Program-made: the position numbers and the translations under genes
The notes under the pieces: generated by a model
Seen by the model: the letters and a program-made list of their open reading frames with translations, nothing else
The model's database searches: none
What the model was told of the DNA's origin: nothing
Source of the DNA: Opitutales bacterium
GTDB taxonomy: Bacteria; Verrucomicrobiota; Verrucomicrobiia; Opitutales; PNEW01
Reading direction: 5' to 3'
DNA: 64,000 bases
NCBI GenBank assembly: GCA_965197745.1
Contig: CBDANS010000006.1
Coordinates: 128,001 to 192,000, forward strand
Shown here: piece by piece, positions 1-11,610 of the stretch
How the letters are laid out: each line of letters starts with the position of its first letter
How positions within the stretch are numbered: the stretch's first letter is position 1

Positions 1-175
1 CGATAGCCTGATTACCACATGCCAATCACTCAGAATGGAGCAGTCCAATTGGATACTGTGAAGGCTTTCGTTTTACATTCGAGAATGAGGAATTTCAGGC
101 TGGTGAGATACTACGTGTTCCACCAGATCAATACTTAGTAATAAACTGATGTGACATGAGGATATGGTTTAGATC

Positions 176-247
176 GTCTAACAAGTCGCTAGAGACCGAC
201 TACATCCGCCGCTAAAGTGCCAGATGTGGCGGCTCACAATTGTTGCC
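176..247 (+). other. degenerate integron attC-like site
   Basis: GTCTAACAAGTCGCT (RYYYAAC box), an imperfect internal palindrome (tacatccg...cagatgtg), ...CGGCTCA, and a weak GTT box at 242. No integrase in the window. Confidence 0.35.
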
Positions 248-248
248 G

Positions 249-956
249 CTATTTTTCCGGTGAAAAATTATTGGTGAACATAGTGAACCAGTCAGGAAGA
301 GAATCAATTAAGGGACCCATTATTTCTTTTGCCTGATCAAGAAAGGATTGGGGATCACCATACACTTCGCCTTCTTCCTCGCTGACAAGATCACTTACCC
401 CCCGTAAAATCAGACAGGGAATACTATTTAATTTGCATACATGGGCGATAGCCCCTGATTCCCAATCGCCGGCTATCGCGGAATATTTATTCTTCAAATG
501 ATTGATCTGTTCAGGGTCCAGATCACTATCTCCGGAAATCAGTAGTGAGCGTTTGACCTTTAACGGCGTTTTTTTCGCAATCCACGACAAATCAATATCC
601 GTAGTATACTTCCTGATTGCTTCGTCCGAATCAGAGATTCTTTCGTAGATATCATAAATAATCGTTTTTTCAACGAGTATGATTTCTCCCCTTTCTATCC
701 GCCCATCAAATCCCCCACAGGTCCCAATGTTTATGAGTAAATCAGGATTAAATTTATTAATAACATATTGGGCGGAACCTGCGGCATTTACTTTTCCGGA
801 GCCACCATGGAGTAGAATAAATTCATCACCCTCTTTCGGGGAGTTAAGATTAATTTTAAAATACTCTCCGTATGGAGTCTTTTCCAAAGGATGATCTTTA
901 TAGCGATTTTTAACAAACCCCCATTCGGCTTTAGCAGACACGACAACGACATTCAT
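249..956 (-). CDS. 5'-methylthioadenosine/S-adenosylhomocysteine nucleosidase family (PNP_UDP_1)
   Basis: GSGKVNAA, INIGTCGG, ISGD, DWESGAIAHVC and LRGVSD motifs. Confidence 0.85.
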   Translation of the reverse strand: MNVVVVSAKAEWGFVKNRYKDHPLEKTPYGEYFKINLNSPKEGDEFILLHGGSGKVNAAGSAQYVINKFNPDLLINIGTCGGFDGRIERGEIILVEKTIIYDIYERISDSDEAIRKYTTDIDLSWIAKKTPLKVKRSLLISGDSDLDPEQINHLKNKYSAIAGDWESGAIAHVCKLNSIPCLILRGVSDLVSEEEGEVYGDPQSFLDQAKEIMGPLIDSLPDWFTMFTNNFSPEK

Positions 957-1140
957 GACTTATGATTGTAAACGAATATTAATGCACTATGCTCTTAACA
1001 CATAGCAACCCCCTCTTTTTTAAGACAAGTTTATTAACATTTGTCAGTTCCGAGTCCCATAGCCTCGTGACGCCATAATCCATACCAGGCCTGATCCTTT
1101 TTGACTTCATTGTTGGCTAATATAATATTAGGACTCATTA

Positions 1141-1485
1141 ATGAACGAGGAAGTCGAAGCATACATGGCTGCTGTTCCGGGAAACCGTAAATCGAAGATT
1201 GAAGCGCTACACAAATTAATTACGCAATCGTTACCTGAAGTAATTATCGATATGAAATACAAGATGCCCACTTATCAAGTCGGAGAGGGATGGGTCGCAA
1301 TCGCAAACCAGAAGAACTATGTTTCTCTATACACCTGCGGCTATTACCATATCGAAAACTTTAAAGCCAGGCACCCGAAGATAAAAACAGGTAAGGGTTG
1401 CATCAATTTCAAGGACAACGACACATTCCCGCTTAAGGACATTGAGGCTGTGGTAAAGCATGCCATTAAACATCCCAAGGAGTAA
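1141..1485 (+). CDS. DUF1801/YdhG-like protein
   Basis: VEAYMAAVP...MKYKMPTY...ANQKNYVSLY...GKGCINFK pattern. Confidence 0.8.
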   Translation: MNEEVEAYMAAVPGNRKSKIEALHKLITQSLPEVIIDMKYKMPTYQVGEGWVAIANQKNYVSLYTCGYYHIENFKARHPKIKTGKGCINFKDNDTFPLKDIEAVVKHAIKHPKE

Positions 1486-1600
1486 AGATATCAGGGATGA
1501 AACTTGATTCGTTGCCAATGTCCACATGGTCACCGACTCGGCGCAATTCAAGGAATGACTTCCACTCCTGACTCTTTTTATTAACCTTTGTATCTTCTTT

Positions 1601-1823
1601 TTGTCATTGCGAGGAGCAACGCGACGCGGCAATCCAGGCGAATAGTCGTTGTGTCTATAAATGCCAATCACATCTCAGATCTATCCAATGAGGATTCGTC
1701 CAGCTGAAAATAAGCCCTGAAATCCAGAGTCTATAGAACGCAATAGACATCCCCGTGGAATGGAAGATGTCGCTACGCTCGGTAAGCGCGTCTCCCGCAG
1801 TTGCGGGATCCTCGCAAGGACAA
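1601..1823. repeat. ~220 bp MITE/REP-like element with TTGTCATTGCGAGG...CCTCGCAA(T/G)GACAA ends, copy 1
   Basis: Terminal inverted repeats. Homologous along its length to 29342-29564 and partly to 30360-30460. Confidence 0.8.
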
Positions 1824-2044
1824 GAGGAAGTTTACATGGCTATCCAAAATGGGACTCGATTACCATCACATGAAGGGAAATACGAGTGCGTCATGTGGTC
1901 GTGTAAATTTTTTTAATTGATAATACCTTATTTATTAACTTTCGTTGTTCTTAGTGAGGGGGAAGGTAAAATGATTAACGTCGGTGCCGAAGTTATGGTC
2001 CGCCTTCATTTAACAAAAATGCTTGATCACCTTCGAACGAAAGC

Positions 2045-4132
2045 ATGACCGAAGACCAACAATTTAAGGACGATTCCGGAAAGCGCGCCCTGGCGACTAT
2101 TGTCTTTACTGATGTGGTTAATTTCAGCGAACGCATGAATAAAGATGAAGACGGCACTTTGAAATTGTTATCAAAGGATTTAGCCTGGATGACCGATCTC
2201 ACCGAAAAACGGCAAGGTCGTGTCATTAAATCTACCGGTGATGGTTTGATGATATACTTTGACAGTGCGGTAGAGGCCGTTGCCTGGTCCCTTGATATTC
2301 AAAACATCAAATCCCGGCAGCTCAGTGAGAATCAGCCGGGAGAACATTTACAGCATCGCATTGGCATCCATATAGGTGATGTATTCTTTAAGGATTCCGA
2401 CCTCATGGGCGATGGTGTCAACATTGCTTCCCGTCTTGAAGGGATTGCTCAACCCGGTGGCATTTGTATCTCACAAATCGTTTACGACACGGTGAAAAAC
2501 AAGCTGCCTCTAAATGCTAAATTTCTGGGTCTGCAGAAGTTGAAAAATCTCGATGAAAAAATACCGGTGCACCATATTGAGGTTGGGGATGATAAGGTAG
2601 CTTTGCCGGAAACCGAAACGGTAAAAGCCATGCAAATGAACCCAAAAAGAAAGTCACCTGGTAAGACTTTATATATTGGGGCCGTTGTCCTCGTTATCGT
2701 TTTAGCGTCGTTATTCTACTACGTTGAAATCAACCGAATAGAACAGGTCCCCGTGATTGTTGAATCACAAAGTAAATCTATCGCGGTCTTACCATTTCAG
2801 GATATGAGTCCGGAAAAAGACCAGGAGTATTTCAGCGATGGAATTTCTGAAGAAATCATAAATGTCCTGGCTAAGATAGATACCCTGCAAGTGGCTTCAC
2901 GAACCTCCTCATTTCAGTTCAAAGGGAAAAATGCCGATATACCGACAATCGGTAAGCAGCTCAACGTATCCACAGTGCTTGAGGGTAGCGTGCGTAAATC
3001 AGGAAGAACGATCAGAGTTACTGCACAGCTTATAAACGTTGCCGATGATTTACATCTCTGGTCCGAAACCTACGATCGGGAACTGAAGAACATCTTCGCC
3101 ATCCAGGATGAGATTGCCCTGGCAATAACGCAAGTGCTTCAGGTTAAGCTCATGGGTGATGAGGATATTCCTCACATCAAGCCCCACACGGAGAACGTTG
3201 ATGCCTACGATCATTACCTTTTGGGCCGTTACCATTGGTCGAAGCGGACCGAGAAAGGAATAATGACGGCAATCGAACACTATAAGCAGGCCATTACCCT
3301 GGATCCCGACTACGCTCTTGCTTACTCGGGTCTCGCGGATGCTTATCTTGTTCTCCCATCCTATGCCTCTGCTGTAAAAAGATACGATATAAGAGCTCAT
3401 GCTAAGGAGGCAGTAAAGATGGCACTGGCAATCGATCCGAACCTTGCCGAAGCCTATACATCTTTGGGATATACAAGGGAGGTATTCCACTTTGACTATG
3501 CTGGCGCCGAAAAGGAGTACCGATATTCGATCGAGCTCAACTCAAAATATGCGCCGGCGCATTACCGTTATTCGCACCTTCTTATGTGCACGGGCCGCTT
3601 ACGAGAAGCCCTGGCAAAGGGAAAAAAAGCATTGGAACTGGAGCCTTTTTCAATCCTCTACAACAATCATCTTGGGACTCTGTATAATTATGCGCGGTAG
3701 TATGACACAGCCATTCAACATTTTGAAAAAACTCTGACTCTGGACGTGAACAACCCGTTTGGATGGGCAAACATAGGACTTGCATTACTAGACAAAGAAA
3801 AGTTTGAGGATGCTTCACAGGCATTGAATCGCTGGGCCGAACTCACCGGTAATGATTATAAAGTGGTGAAGCTTTATGTTTCGCTCGTAGAAAAACGCGC
3901 CCGGACAGGCGAGCCCGTATCATATCCTCCAAAATTGGAATCTGTGTTCCCCTATTACTTCTACGCCTTTTTGGGCCACAAGGAACAGACCTTAACCCTG
4001 CTCGAACAGTTCCGCAAAGAAGAAAAGTATGGAGTTCTCCAAACATGTAAGTACGATCCCGTATTTGATTTTCTACAATCAGAGCCACGATTTATAGCGC
4101 TTATGCGAAAGGTGAGATTAGAGAAGGAGTAG
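2045..4132 (+). pseudogene. class III adenylate/guanylate cyclase + TM + TolB-like + TPR protein, interrupted by an in-frame TAG at 3698-3700
   Basis: FTDVVNFS, STGDG, RIGIHIGDV, GDGVNIASRLE, SIAVLPF, EYFSDG and LEGSVRK motifs. The frame continues past the TAG as YDTAIQHFEK into ORF 3746..4132. Confidence 0.85.
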
Positions 4133-4151
4133 CGATTTTCGAATTGTCTTC

Positions 4152-5162
4152 ATGTCCAAACAGCGTCGAAAACTCCACATCGCTTGCGCCCTCGATTCGG
4201 ATATCTTCCATCAGGTCGAGAACGCTGCGCCGGTGATTGATCGGGCGCGCTACGACTACGATGTTGTCCACACCCTGGAACGTCTCTATCAATCCGTAGA
4301 TCTCGTGCCCATCAACAGCAATCTGGATCGCGCCTACAAGGTGTTAAAACAAATCGAACCAGACGTGGTTTTCAACCTCGCCTATTGTGGTCTAAAGAAA
4401 GAACCGACTTTCGCCGAGTTTCTTGATCGCATCGGCCTCCCCTACACCGGCTCTGGGCAAAAAGGGATTGCCCTCGCCGACGACAAAATCAGGTCACGGA
4501 AGCTGCTGCGTGCGGCAGGTCTGCATGTTCCAAGGTTCGTGAAATTACCTATCGGTGCATTAAAAGCGAAGTTTGACCTAAGGCCACCGTTAATCGTCAA
4601 GCCAGCCCTACTGGGCGCCAGTTCGTCGGGGATCTACCTCGATAGTCTCGTCATGACTCAGGCGGCCGCGATGGCGCGCGCGCGACGCGTGTGGACTCGA
4701 TGCGGTGTTCCCGCAGTGTGTGACGAGTTTATTGTTGGCCGCGAACTGCGGATCGGTGTAGTCGAGGACCGCAACGCCAAGTTTCGTGTCGCGGGTATCA
4801 CTGAGATCCTTTTTCCAAAATCAAATCCCGGCTGGGGGTTCTGGAGTGAAGGTATACGAAATAACGCACGCAATCGTCACGCCAGGGGTGTCCATTACAG
4901 GGCTGCCCGATTGCCCAAAAAAGTAAAAGCCGAAATTCATTCAATCGCGGATAAAGCGATGCGTGTTCTCGATCTTCGTGGATACGCGACCCTCGACGTT
5001 CGCCTCGATGCGCGTGAACGTTGCATCATTATCGAAGTTAACGCCAACCCCGGCCTTTCCAGTAGTTTTCTCTCCTGGCGCATACCGAGCTTCACCGAAA
5101 ATATTCGTCAAATCGTAGGCGCCGCCCATAATATTCAAAAGGGGGCACTCCTTGAATCTTGA
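4152..5162 (+). CDS. D-Ala-D-Ala ligase-like ATP-grasp protein
   Basis: PDVVFNL, PYTGS, PLIVKP, EFIVGRE, LDVRLD and IEVNANPGL motifs. Confidence 0.8.
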   Translation: MSKQRRKLHIACALDSDIFHQVENAAPVIDRARYDYDVVHTLERLYQSVDLVPINSNLDRAYKVLKQIEPDVVFNLAYCGLKKEPTFAEFLDRIGLPYTGSGQKGIALADDKIRSRKLLRAAGLHVPRFVKLPIGALKAKFDLRPPLIVKPALLGASSSGIYLDSLVMTQAAAMARARRVWTRCGVPAVCDEFIVGRELRIGVVEDRNAKFRVAGITEILFPKSNPGWGFWSEGIRNNARNRHARGVHYRAARLPKKVKAEIHSIADKAMRVLDLRGYATLDVRLDARERCIIIEVNANPGLSSSFLSWRIPSFTENIRQIVGAAHNIQKGALLES

Positions 5163-5263
5163 TATACTTATTTATGTACGCATTGAGAAGTGCATGAGGT
5201 GGTGCGAAATTGTTGAATTAACTTAACGCACAATTCGAGGAATAACCTTTTTCTCACTACATG

Positions 5264-5992
5264 CTACTGATTTAATGCCAGTAAAACCTCCACCACATCG
5301 AAAGGTTCAGCGCGTTTCCGATAGTCGACGTTTATAAACGCGTATTGAATAATACGATCTTGATCAATGACGTAGGTAGCGACCAAGGGTAGTTCGAGTT
5401 TGCGGCTGTCGTTCTTTTCCTTAAGATCTATTCCACCTGTAAGCGCGCTTAATGCTTCGTCCACGCTGTAAGAGATCCCGAATTTTTTGGCGATCCTGTT
5501 ATTTCGGTCTGTCAACACTTCAAATCCGAGATCGTTTTTTTCAATCATCGACAAACTGTTATCAGGTTTTTCAGGTGAAATTGCGAAAAGATTAGCCCCG
5601 GCTGCATGGATCTCCGGTAGCGCTCTCTGGTAAGCACGCAGCGATATATTGCAGTAGGGACACCACTCACCCATATAAAATAAAATTACGACTGGACCTT
5701 CATTCAGGGCTTCATTGATGTTCACGATTTCACCCAAAGCATTAGGCAAACTTAAGTTCGGCGCGCGATCACCTTTGTTGCGTGACCTATCTTCAATACC
5801 GGTTTCAAGTAAGGTGACAAAACTTTCCTCTAAAGCTTCATGAGCGATCTGATCGATGCTCATTTTATTTTTTGCGCTGAGAGCTTCCAGTTGTTTGGTC
5901 AATTCGAGCGGTTGGATCTTATTAGCTAGAGTGACACCCGCACTGCTAATTAGTAAAATGGTAAGTAAGTATATAGCGATTCTTTTATTCAT
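5264..5992 (-). CDS. exported peroxiredoxin-like AhpC/TSA family protein
   Basis: Signal peptide, FYMGEWCPYCN and LPLVATYVIDQD. Confidence 0.85.
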   Translation of the reverse strand: MNKRIAIYLLTILLISSAGVTLANKIQPLELTKQLEALSAKNKMSIDQIAHEALEESFVTLLETGIEDRSRNKGDRAPNLSLPNALGEIVNINEALNEGPVVILFYMGEWCPYCNISLRAYQRALPEIHAAGANLFAISPEKPDNSLSMIEKNDLGFEVLTDRNNRIAKKFGISYSVDEALSALTGGIDLKEKNDSRKLELPLVATYVIDQDRIIQYAFINVDYRKRAEPFDVVEVLLALNQ

Positions 5993-6532
5993 CGATTAAA
6001 TATCTGTATGTATTGTTTACAGTCTCGTGTATTTTAAATCAAGTTATGGCCCTGTTATAATTTCGGTGTTGGTATTCCTTGTCAACAATCCTCGAACGTA
6101 TTCAATTGGTCGGAATACCCCACCGGTTTGCTATAATAATTATGAACGCGCAATTAAGACATTTATTCCAAGAAGCAACAGTTCCTCTTCGTCTGAAAAG
6201 TCAAAAGAGGTCATTCGACATATTTAATGTTTCAAACCGGTTTGACTTTCAACGTCAGTAATTCACACAAAGACTAAATTACAATACGGTTTACCGTTAG
6301 ATCATTATCAACGGACTTGATTACCAGTAAGCGAAGATAAATATAAGTGCGTCAAGTGGCTGTATTTTTTAAATTGATAAACTCTTTTTTATCTCATTTC
6401 TTTGACCGTAATGAGGGAAAAGATTGGAGTTAAAAGGGGGCAATCCTTATATCTTGAGGGGCAAATGGAAGTGATCAGTAATGAAACGCAAGGTGGGCGC
6501 TATGAGCATCGTTTAAATAAGAGGCGTGTTGA

Positions 6533-7582
6533 ATGATGGAGACCCTACCCTTCAACATCCCGGTTATCGATATCTCTGAGGAGACGGAGCGTCACGTAAT
6601 CGTGGACCGGGGCACGGCTGAAAGCTACAAAGGGCACCCCACTACGCTCCTCATGCCGGACAAAAAGACGATCTTTTGTGTCTACCCATTGGGGCACGGG
6701 GGCCCGTCCGCGGTGCTTCGGCGCAGCGACGACGGCGGGTTGTCATGGTCTGACCCCTTACCCGTCCCGGAGAACTGGAAGACCGCGAACAATTGCCCCG
6801 CCCTCTACCGCTTTGTCGGGCCGGACGGTGTGGAGCGGCTCTTTGTTTTTGAGGGCAATGGCAAGATGCGGCAGTCCCTGTCGCTGGATCGCGGTCAGAT
6901 CTGGACATCGTTCGAAGAAAATGGGTTGGAGACAACCATGCCCTTTACCACGATTATAGAGGTCGCTCAAAACCGGTTGTTGGGCGGCTGGAATCGGGAT
7001 GGTGCAACCTTCATGAGCGTCTCAGAAGACGGAGGGCTGACATGGGGACCGGAGCGGGTCCTGCTCACGAGCGGCGGGAGGTTCCCTGAATCAAAGCCCT
7101 GCGAACCGGCATTTGTGCGCTCACCGGACGGGAAGGAAATTGCCTGTGTCTTGCGAGTCAACGGCAATATGAAATGCCGCTCGCTCGCCATGTTCAGTGA
7201 CGATGAAGGAGAATCGTGGACTCCACCCGTGGAGCTCGATCGGACGATCACGGGCGACCGCCACCAACCGCGCTACGCCCCGGACGGTCGTCTCGTCATT
7301 GCCTTTAGAGACCGGACGGCGAAGAGCCCAACCTGGGGGCACTTTGTGGCTTGGGTGGGCACGTATCAGGACTTGCGCAACTGCCTGGCAGGACAGTACC
7401 GTATAAAACTGCTGCACAGTTATGACGAAGAGAAAGCGCACGACTGTGGGTACCCGGGGTTGGAGCTTTTGCCGGACGACACCCTGGTGGCCACGACCTA
7501 TATCAAGTACCGGCCCGGACCGGAAAAGCAGTCGGTGGTGAGTGTCCGCTTCAAGCTTCAGGAGCTTGATGCCAAATGCTAA
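6533..7582 (+). CDS. sialidase/BNR-repeat (Asp-box) protein
   Basis: Asp-boxes SDDGGLSW, SLDRGQIW, SEDGGLTW and SDDEGESW, plus DCGYP. Confidence 0.85.
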   Translation: MMETLPFNIPVIDISEETERHVIVDRGTAESYKGHPTTLLMPDKKTIFCVYPLGHGGPSAVLRRSDDGGLSWSDPLPVPENWKTANNCPALYRFVGPDGVERLFVFEGNGKMRQSLSLDRGQIWTSFEENGLETTMPFTTIIEVAQNRLLGGWNRDGATFMSVSEDGGLTWGPERVLLTSGGRFPESKPCEPAFVRSPDGKEIACVLRVNGNMKCRSLAMFSDDEGESWTPPVELDRTITGDRHQPRYAPDGRLVIAFRDRTAKSPTWGHFVAWVGTYQDLRNCLAGQYRIKLLHSYDEEKAHDCGYPGLELLPDDTLVATTYIKYRPGPEKQSVVSVRFKLQELDAKC

Positions 7583-7636
7583 CCTGTGGATGAGGTCGTC
7601 AAAATATGAAGATCCCTTTAGGGTTGCGAGGACAAC

Positions 7637-8461
7637 TCAACTTTGCATCGCTTCAGGGTCCAACCATTGCTTTTCCACGGGACGATAATCGGGCCACACC
7701 TGTGGATAGCGGTCACCGGAAGTCGTGCAGTAGGCATCACCATGAATAAAAGCAATGCTGAAGGCGCGTCGGGGGCGGTCCGTGGTGTTCACAAGCGACG
7801 AATGCAGCAGTTTTGTTTTTAAGAGGATGACTTCGCCCTTGTCCATTTCCATATAAACCCGCTTTTCTTCCGGGGCGTATTTTTGAATGTCTTCTTCTTT
7901 GCGGACCGTGTGGATAGGGCATTCATTGTGAGAATAAGGAATCACTGTCAGGCAGCCGTTTTCTCGTGTTTGTGGGTCCAGTGCGGTATAGACCGAAATT
8001 TCTTCTCGGATGCTCAGGTTCCAATTTCGGCCATCCTGATGCCACTCAAGAGGCACCCCGCCATCAGCCGGCTTGTTAAAAAACATGGATCTGAACACAC
8101 CGACTTTTTCACCAATCTTCTTTCGCGTGATGTCCATGAATAGTGGATGCTGAATATATTTCAGGAACAACGGATCCATCTCCAGCTCCTGGATTTTCCG
8201 GTACTTCAGCGAACTGCCCTTGTGTTCTGCGGTAAAATCCGTCATCTGCTCCGACCCGTTCGCGGAAGGACAAAGCTGCATGCCCATCCCTTCATAGCGA
8301 ATGTTGCCAAGCATAATCTCATCGATGCGTTTACAAAGTCGGTCGATTTCCGCGTGTGACAGCACCACGCCCAGCCGAACATAACCTGTCTCCTCCAGTT
8401 CCTGCCATTCAGCTTCGCTTACCTTATTTTTCTGTCTGAGCTTGGTACTCACCGTTGTCAT
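7637..8461 (-). CDS. phytanoyl-CoA dioxygenase (PhyH) family
   Basis: WHQD, ALD...ENGCL..IP.SH, and LHSS..NTTDRPRR. Confidence 0.9.
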   Translation of the reverse strand: MTTVSTKLRQKNKVSEAEWQELEETGYVRLGVVLSHAEIDRLCKRIDEIMLGNIRYEGMGMQLCPSANGSEQMTDFTAEHKGSSLKYRKIQELEMDPLFLKYIQHPLFMDITRKKIGEKVGVFRSMFFNKPADGGVPLEWHQDGRNWNLSIREEISVYTALDPQTRENGCLTVIPYSHNECPIHTVRKEEDIQKYAPEEKRVYMEMDKGEVILLKTKLLHSSLVNTTDRPRRAFSIAFIHGDAYCTTSGDRYPQVWPDYRPVEKQWLDPEAMQS

Positions 8462-8545
8462 GAAGTCCCCGCCTATAAAAGTATGGCAGTAATTAAAATG
8501 TGATAGCTTCCACTCCCCACCTGGGAAATATATGAAGCTGTTTTA

Positions 8546-8917
8546 TTAAACAAAAGCATAAATAAGAAATGCGCCAAATGCTACTGCTGAGACACCACCC
8601 ACACGACCAAATGGCTTTGTAAAAGATAAAGCCCATGACATTAACCGATTAAAATTGCGGCGCCCTATTACCGCTAGAGATAAAGCGGCAACAATAGAGA
8701 GCCACCCGAGAATCTCAATTACAAGCGGAAATCTGGATACGTTGGATTGATATATCAGTAAAACACCAATAACCAGCCTTACTACCACAGCCAGGATATG
8801 CAGTTCCAGTTTGCCCAAATGATTTCGCAGATAGCCGAATATAATTTCCGGATTTATGATAATGACTATTCCGGCCAACAACGTCAGAGCTCCAAATATT
8901 ATTATCAATATACTCAT
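8546..8917 (-). CDS. small 4-TM membrane protein
   Basis: 123 aa with four hydrophobic segments and an AGGA RBS. Confidence 0.7.
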   Translation of the reverse strand: MSILIIIFGALTLLAGIVIIINPEIIFGYLRNHLGKLELHILAVVVRLVIGVLLIYQSNVSRFPLVIEILGWLSIVAALSLAVIGRRNFNRLMSWALSFTKPFGRVGGVSAVAFGAFLIYAFV

Positions 8918-9005
8918 TTTCTATTTCCTGAATGCCGAAAAGATAAAGAATCGCATCGAACCCTATACTATTTTTTTAAAGTGACAGGTAAAAAAGTTAA
9001 TTTCA

Positions 9006-9110
9006 CGGACGCGACGGAGCGCGTCCCTCCATTTTTTTTTTCGGAGGGCCACGTAATGCCTGTCGGCCATAGCCGCGCGTTTGCGCGGCGACGGCTGATC
9101 GTGGCTGCGG
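9006..9110. repeat. GGAGG-type REP doublet with nested 46-bp insert, copy 1
   Basis: GGACGCGACGGAGCGCGTCCCTCC...GGAGGGCCACG[insert]CGTGGC. Related copies at 10464, 10683, 14597 and 15629. Confidence 0.85.
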
Positions 9111-9298
9111 TATTTTATAATTAAAAATTAAAAGTTTAAATTTAATAAAAATAGGTAAGGATATACCACTAAATCAGAGAATCCTCCAAAAATGGAAGCA
9201 ATCTTTAAGCGTTAATTTAAATTCTACCAATCGATCTCTGTTCAACCTGGAAAGCAAGTGGCCTGAAAGCATTAATATAATCCAAAAGGGGAATTCTC

Positions 9299-10291
9299 AT
9301 GAAAGCGATCGTCTACACACAATACGGACCCCCTGATGTTCTTCAGCTCAAAGAGGTAGAAAAACCTACTCCCAGGGACAATGAAGTACTCATCAAAATA
9401 TATTCGACAACGGTAACTTCAGGGGACTGGAGACTTCGACGCTCAAGTTTCACAGACGCTCCCACCTTCTGGCTTCCTGCGCGAATATGGCTGGGTTTTA
9501 GAAAACCAAAAAGAACTATACTGGGGTCTGAGCTAGCCGGGGAAATTGAATCCGTCGGCAAAAATGTAAAACTATTCAGGAAAGGTGACCAGGTATTTGC
9601 ATTCCATGTTTTTGGCACTTACGCCGAGTACATATGTCTGCCTGAGGAAGGAGCGGTTGCCATAAAACCGGCCAATATGACCTACGATGAAGCCTCCGCC
9701 ATTCCTTTTGGGGCATCAACCGCGTTGTTTTTCCTTAGAGATAAAGGAAATATTCAGAGCGGACAAAAAGTTCTTATCTATGGAGCTTCTGGAAGCGTCG
9801 GTACTGCTGCGGTACAGCTTGCCAAGTACTTTGGAGCAGAAGTCACTGCGGTTTGCAGTACCACGAATTTAGAAATGGTGAAATCTCTGGGAGCTGATGA
9901 AGTAATTGACTACACTAAAGAGGATTTTACCAAAACCGGTCAGACTTATGATATTATTTTTGACACAGTGGGTAAGACTTCGTTTTCACTTTGCAAAAGC
10001 TCGCTAAAAGAAAACGGACTCTATCTTTTAACTGTCTTTGAGCTGCCACAGCTGGTTCAAATGTTGTGGACTTCAATGACAGGCAGTAAGAAAGTTATAT
10101 GTGCGATAGGGGGTCAGCACAAAGATGATTTAATATTTTTCAAAGAGCTTATTGAGGCAGGTAGGATAAAATCAACTATTGATAGACGCTATCCTTTGGA
10201 ACACACGGCCGAGGCCCACAGGTATGTCGAAAAAGGACACAAAAAGGGAAATGTAGTAATAACTTTAGGCGGCGACGATATTGTTGAATAA
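9299..10291 (+). CDS. NAD(P)-dependent MDR-family oxidoreductase (quinone oxidoreductase/alcohol dehydrogenase-like)
   Basis: [26 protein letters not shown] and GHKKGNVV. Confidence 0.9.
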   Translation: MKAIVYTQYGPPDVLQLKEVEKPTPRDNEVLIKIYSTTVTSGDWRLRRSSFTDAPTFWLPARIWLGFRKPKRTILGSELAGEIESVGKNVKLFRKGDQVFAFHVFGTYAEYICLPEEGAVAIKPANMTYDEASAIPFGASTALFFLRDKGNIQSGQKVLIYGASGSVGTAAVQLAKYFGAEVTAVCSTTNLEMVKSLGADEVIDYTKEDFTKTGQTYDIIFDTVGKTSFSLCKSSLKENGLYLLTVFELPQLVQMLWTSMTGSKKVICAIGGQHKDDLIFFKELIEAGRIKSTIDRRYPLEHTAEAHRYVEKGHKKGNVVITLGGDDIVE

Positions 10292-10337
10292 GCTTAACGC
10301 ACAATTCAAGGAATGACCCAATTTGGACTTATCCTGA

Positions 10338-10650
10338 TCTTCGTCTTGGTCTTCGTCTTGGTCTTCGTCATCGTCTTCGTCAATATTTAATTGGATTAAG
10401 GTATAGATGATTTTCGACAATATTTAATGCATCAAAATATTAATTGATTGCTCGATCCGATAACGGACGCGACAACGCGCGTCCCTCCCAATTTACTTTT
10501 TTTCTGGAGGGCCACGCTCCGTCGTGGCCGCGCATTGGTATTAAGATAATTTCCTAGCTTCGTCTTGTTCTTCGTCCTCGTCTCAAATTAAATATAAGAT
10601 TAATCTGTACGTATTCATGGACGAAGAGGCAGACGAGGACGAAGACGAAG
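10338..10650. repeat. hexamer microsatellite tracts (TCTTCG/TCTTGG) with an inverted GACGAA/GACGAG tract
   Basis: Tandem tracts at about 10338-10381 and 10558-10583, and a complementary tract at about 10620-10650. Confidence 0.7.
10464..10532. repeat. GGAGG-type REP doublet, short (uninserted) form
   Basis: GGAGGGCCACGCTCCGTCGTGGCC lacks the 46-bp insert seen in the other copies. Confidence 0.8.
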
Positions 10651-10682
10651 ATTTATCCAATGATTAAATAATCCTTCGAAAT

Positions 10683-10750
10683 GGAGGGCCACGTAATGCC
10701 TGTCGGCCATAGCCGCGCGTTTGCGCGGCGACGGCTGATCGTGGCCGCGG
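10683..10750. repeat. GGAGG-type REP with nested insert (right half only)
   Basis: Near-identical to 9043-9110. Confidence 0.8.
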
Positions 10751-11452
10751 TATGGTATTGAAGCAGAAAAGGGGATAAGCTTCGCATGCTTGTGTTTTTT
10801 ATTTCCACGTTAGAATGCGAAGCCTGACCCCCTTTTACTTTTCTCTTTCCATTTAAAGTTATCCATGTCCTGGACCTGAATTATTTTTGCGATTTATTAG
10901 AATCAGTTCGATTCCATTGACTGTTCCCTTTCACTCTTAAACTCCCACTGTCAACACCACTATCCACAGGATCATGTTGGTGATCTTTAATATCACTTTT
11001 CTTAATCCTGCGGTATGCGCACAGGGCAAACAGGACATGTAGGGCGATAATTAATATCGCTCTCCTGATACCTACGGCATATATAGATATCGATGTAACA
11101 ATAAAGAGTAAGAGCAAGAATCCTACCCCTTTCCATAGGGTTCGTTCATTCACGCCGGATCCTGTTTTTGCATTGGAAAAATGTGTTGAGAGAATGTGTG
11201 CTTCATATTGTAGCAAGTGAGATGCCAAAAGATTCGCTCAGTATTCAGCATGCTAATCAACAGTCATTTATGTAAACCTTGAATATTATATTCTCTGAAA
11301 ACTAAAGATAGATCAGACATACAATGCACATTGAATTACAAACCATGCATATTTAGTGTTCACTGATTCATATACTGATACTTTGAATATAATATCAGCT
11401 AATTAGCCCATTGAAGCCTGACCCCCTTTTCCTTTTCTAGATCTATTAAAAA

Positions 11453-11481
11453 TTGACATCAGCTATTGGGGAAGTTTGAAT
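11453..11481 (+). promoter_or_regulatory. sigma70-like promoter (TTGACA-N17-TTGAAT)
   Basis: Perfect -35 box, in the same position relative to the leader RNA as at 20933 and 25176. Confidence 0.55.
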
Positions 11482-11489
11482 CTTAAAAT

Positions 11490-11593
11490 GCTTCGGTAGA
11501 GTGCACCCAGGTCCGCACGGAAAGGGCAATGCCCATCTACTAAAATTAAGGTGATCAATAATTGGTTCAGCCTAATTGCGGAATATGGCTGAA
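11490..11593 (+). ncRNA. candidate structured cis-regulatory RNA, copy 1
   Basis: P1 GGTAGA/TCTACT, hairpin GGG-CAATG-CCC, and 3' hairpin TTCAGCC/GGCTGAA whose loop TGCGGA pairs with TCCGCA at 11512. Architecture shared with copies 2 and 3. Confidence 0.7.
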
Positions 11594-11610
11594 AATATGA
11601 ACGCTAACCG

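Noticed and set aside
10881..11228. 115-aa minus-strand ORF as a gene
   Set aside because: TTG start, no recognisable family. At most a decayed membrane-protein fragment.
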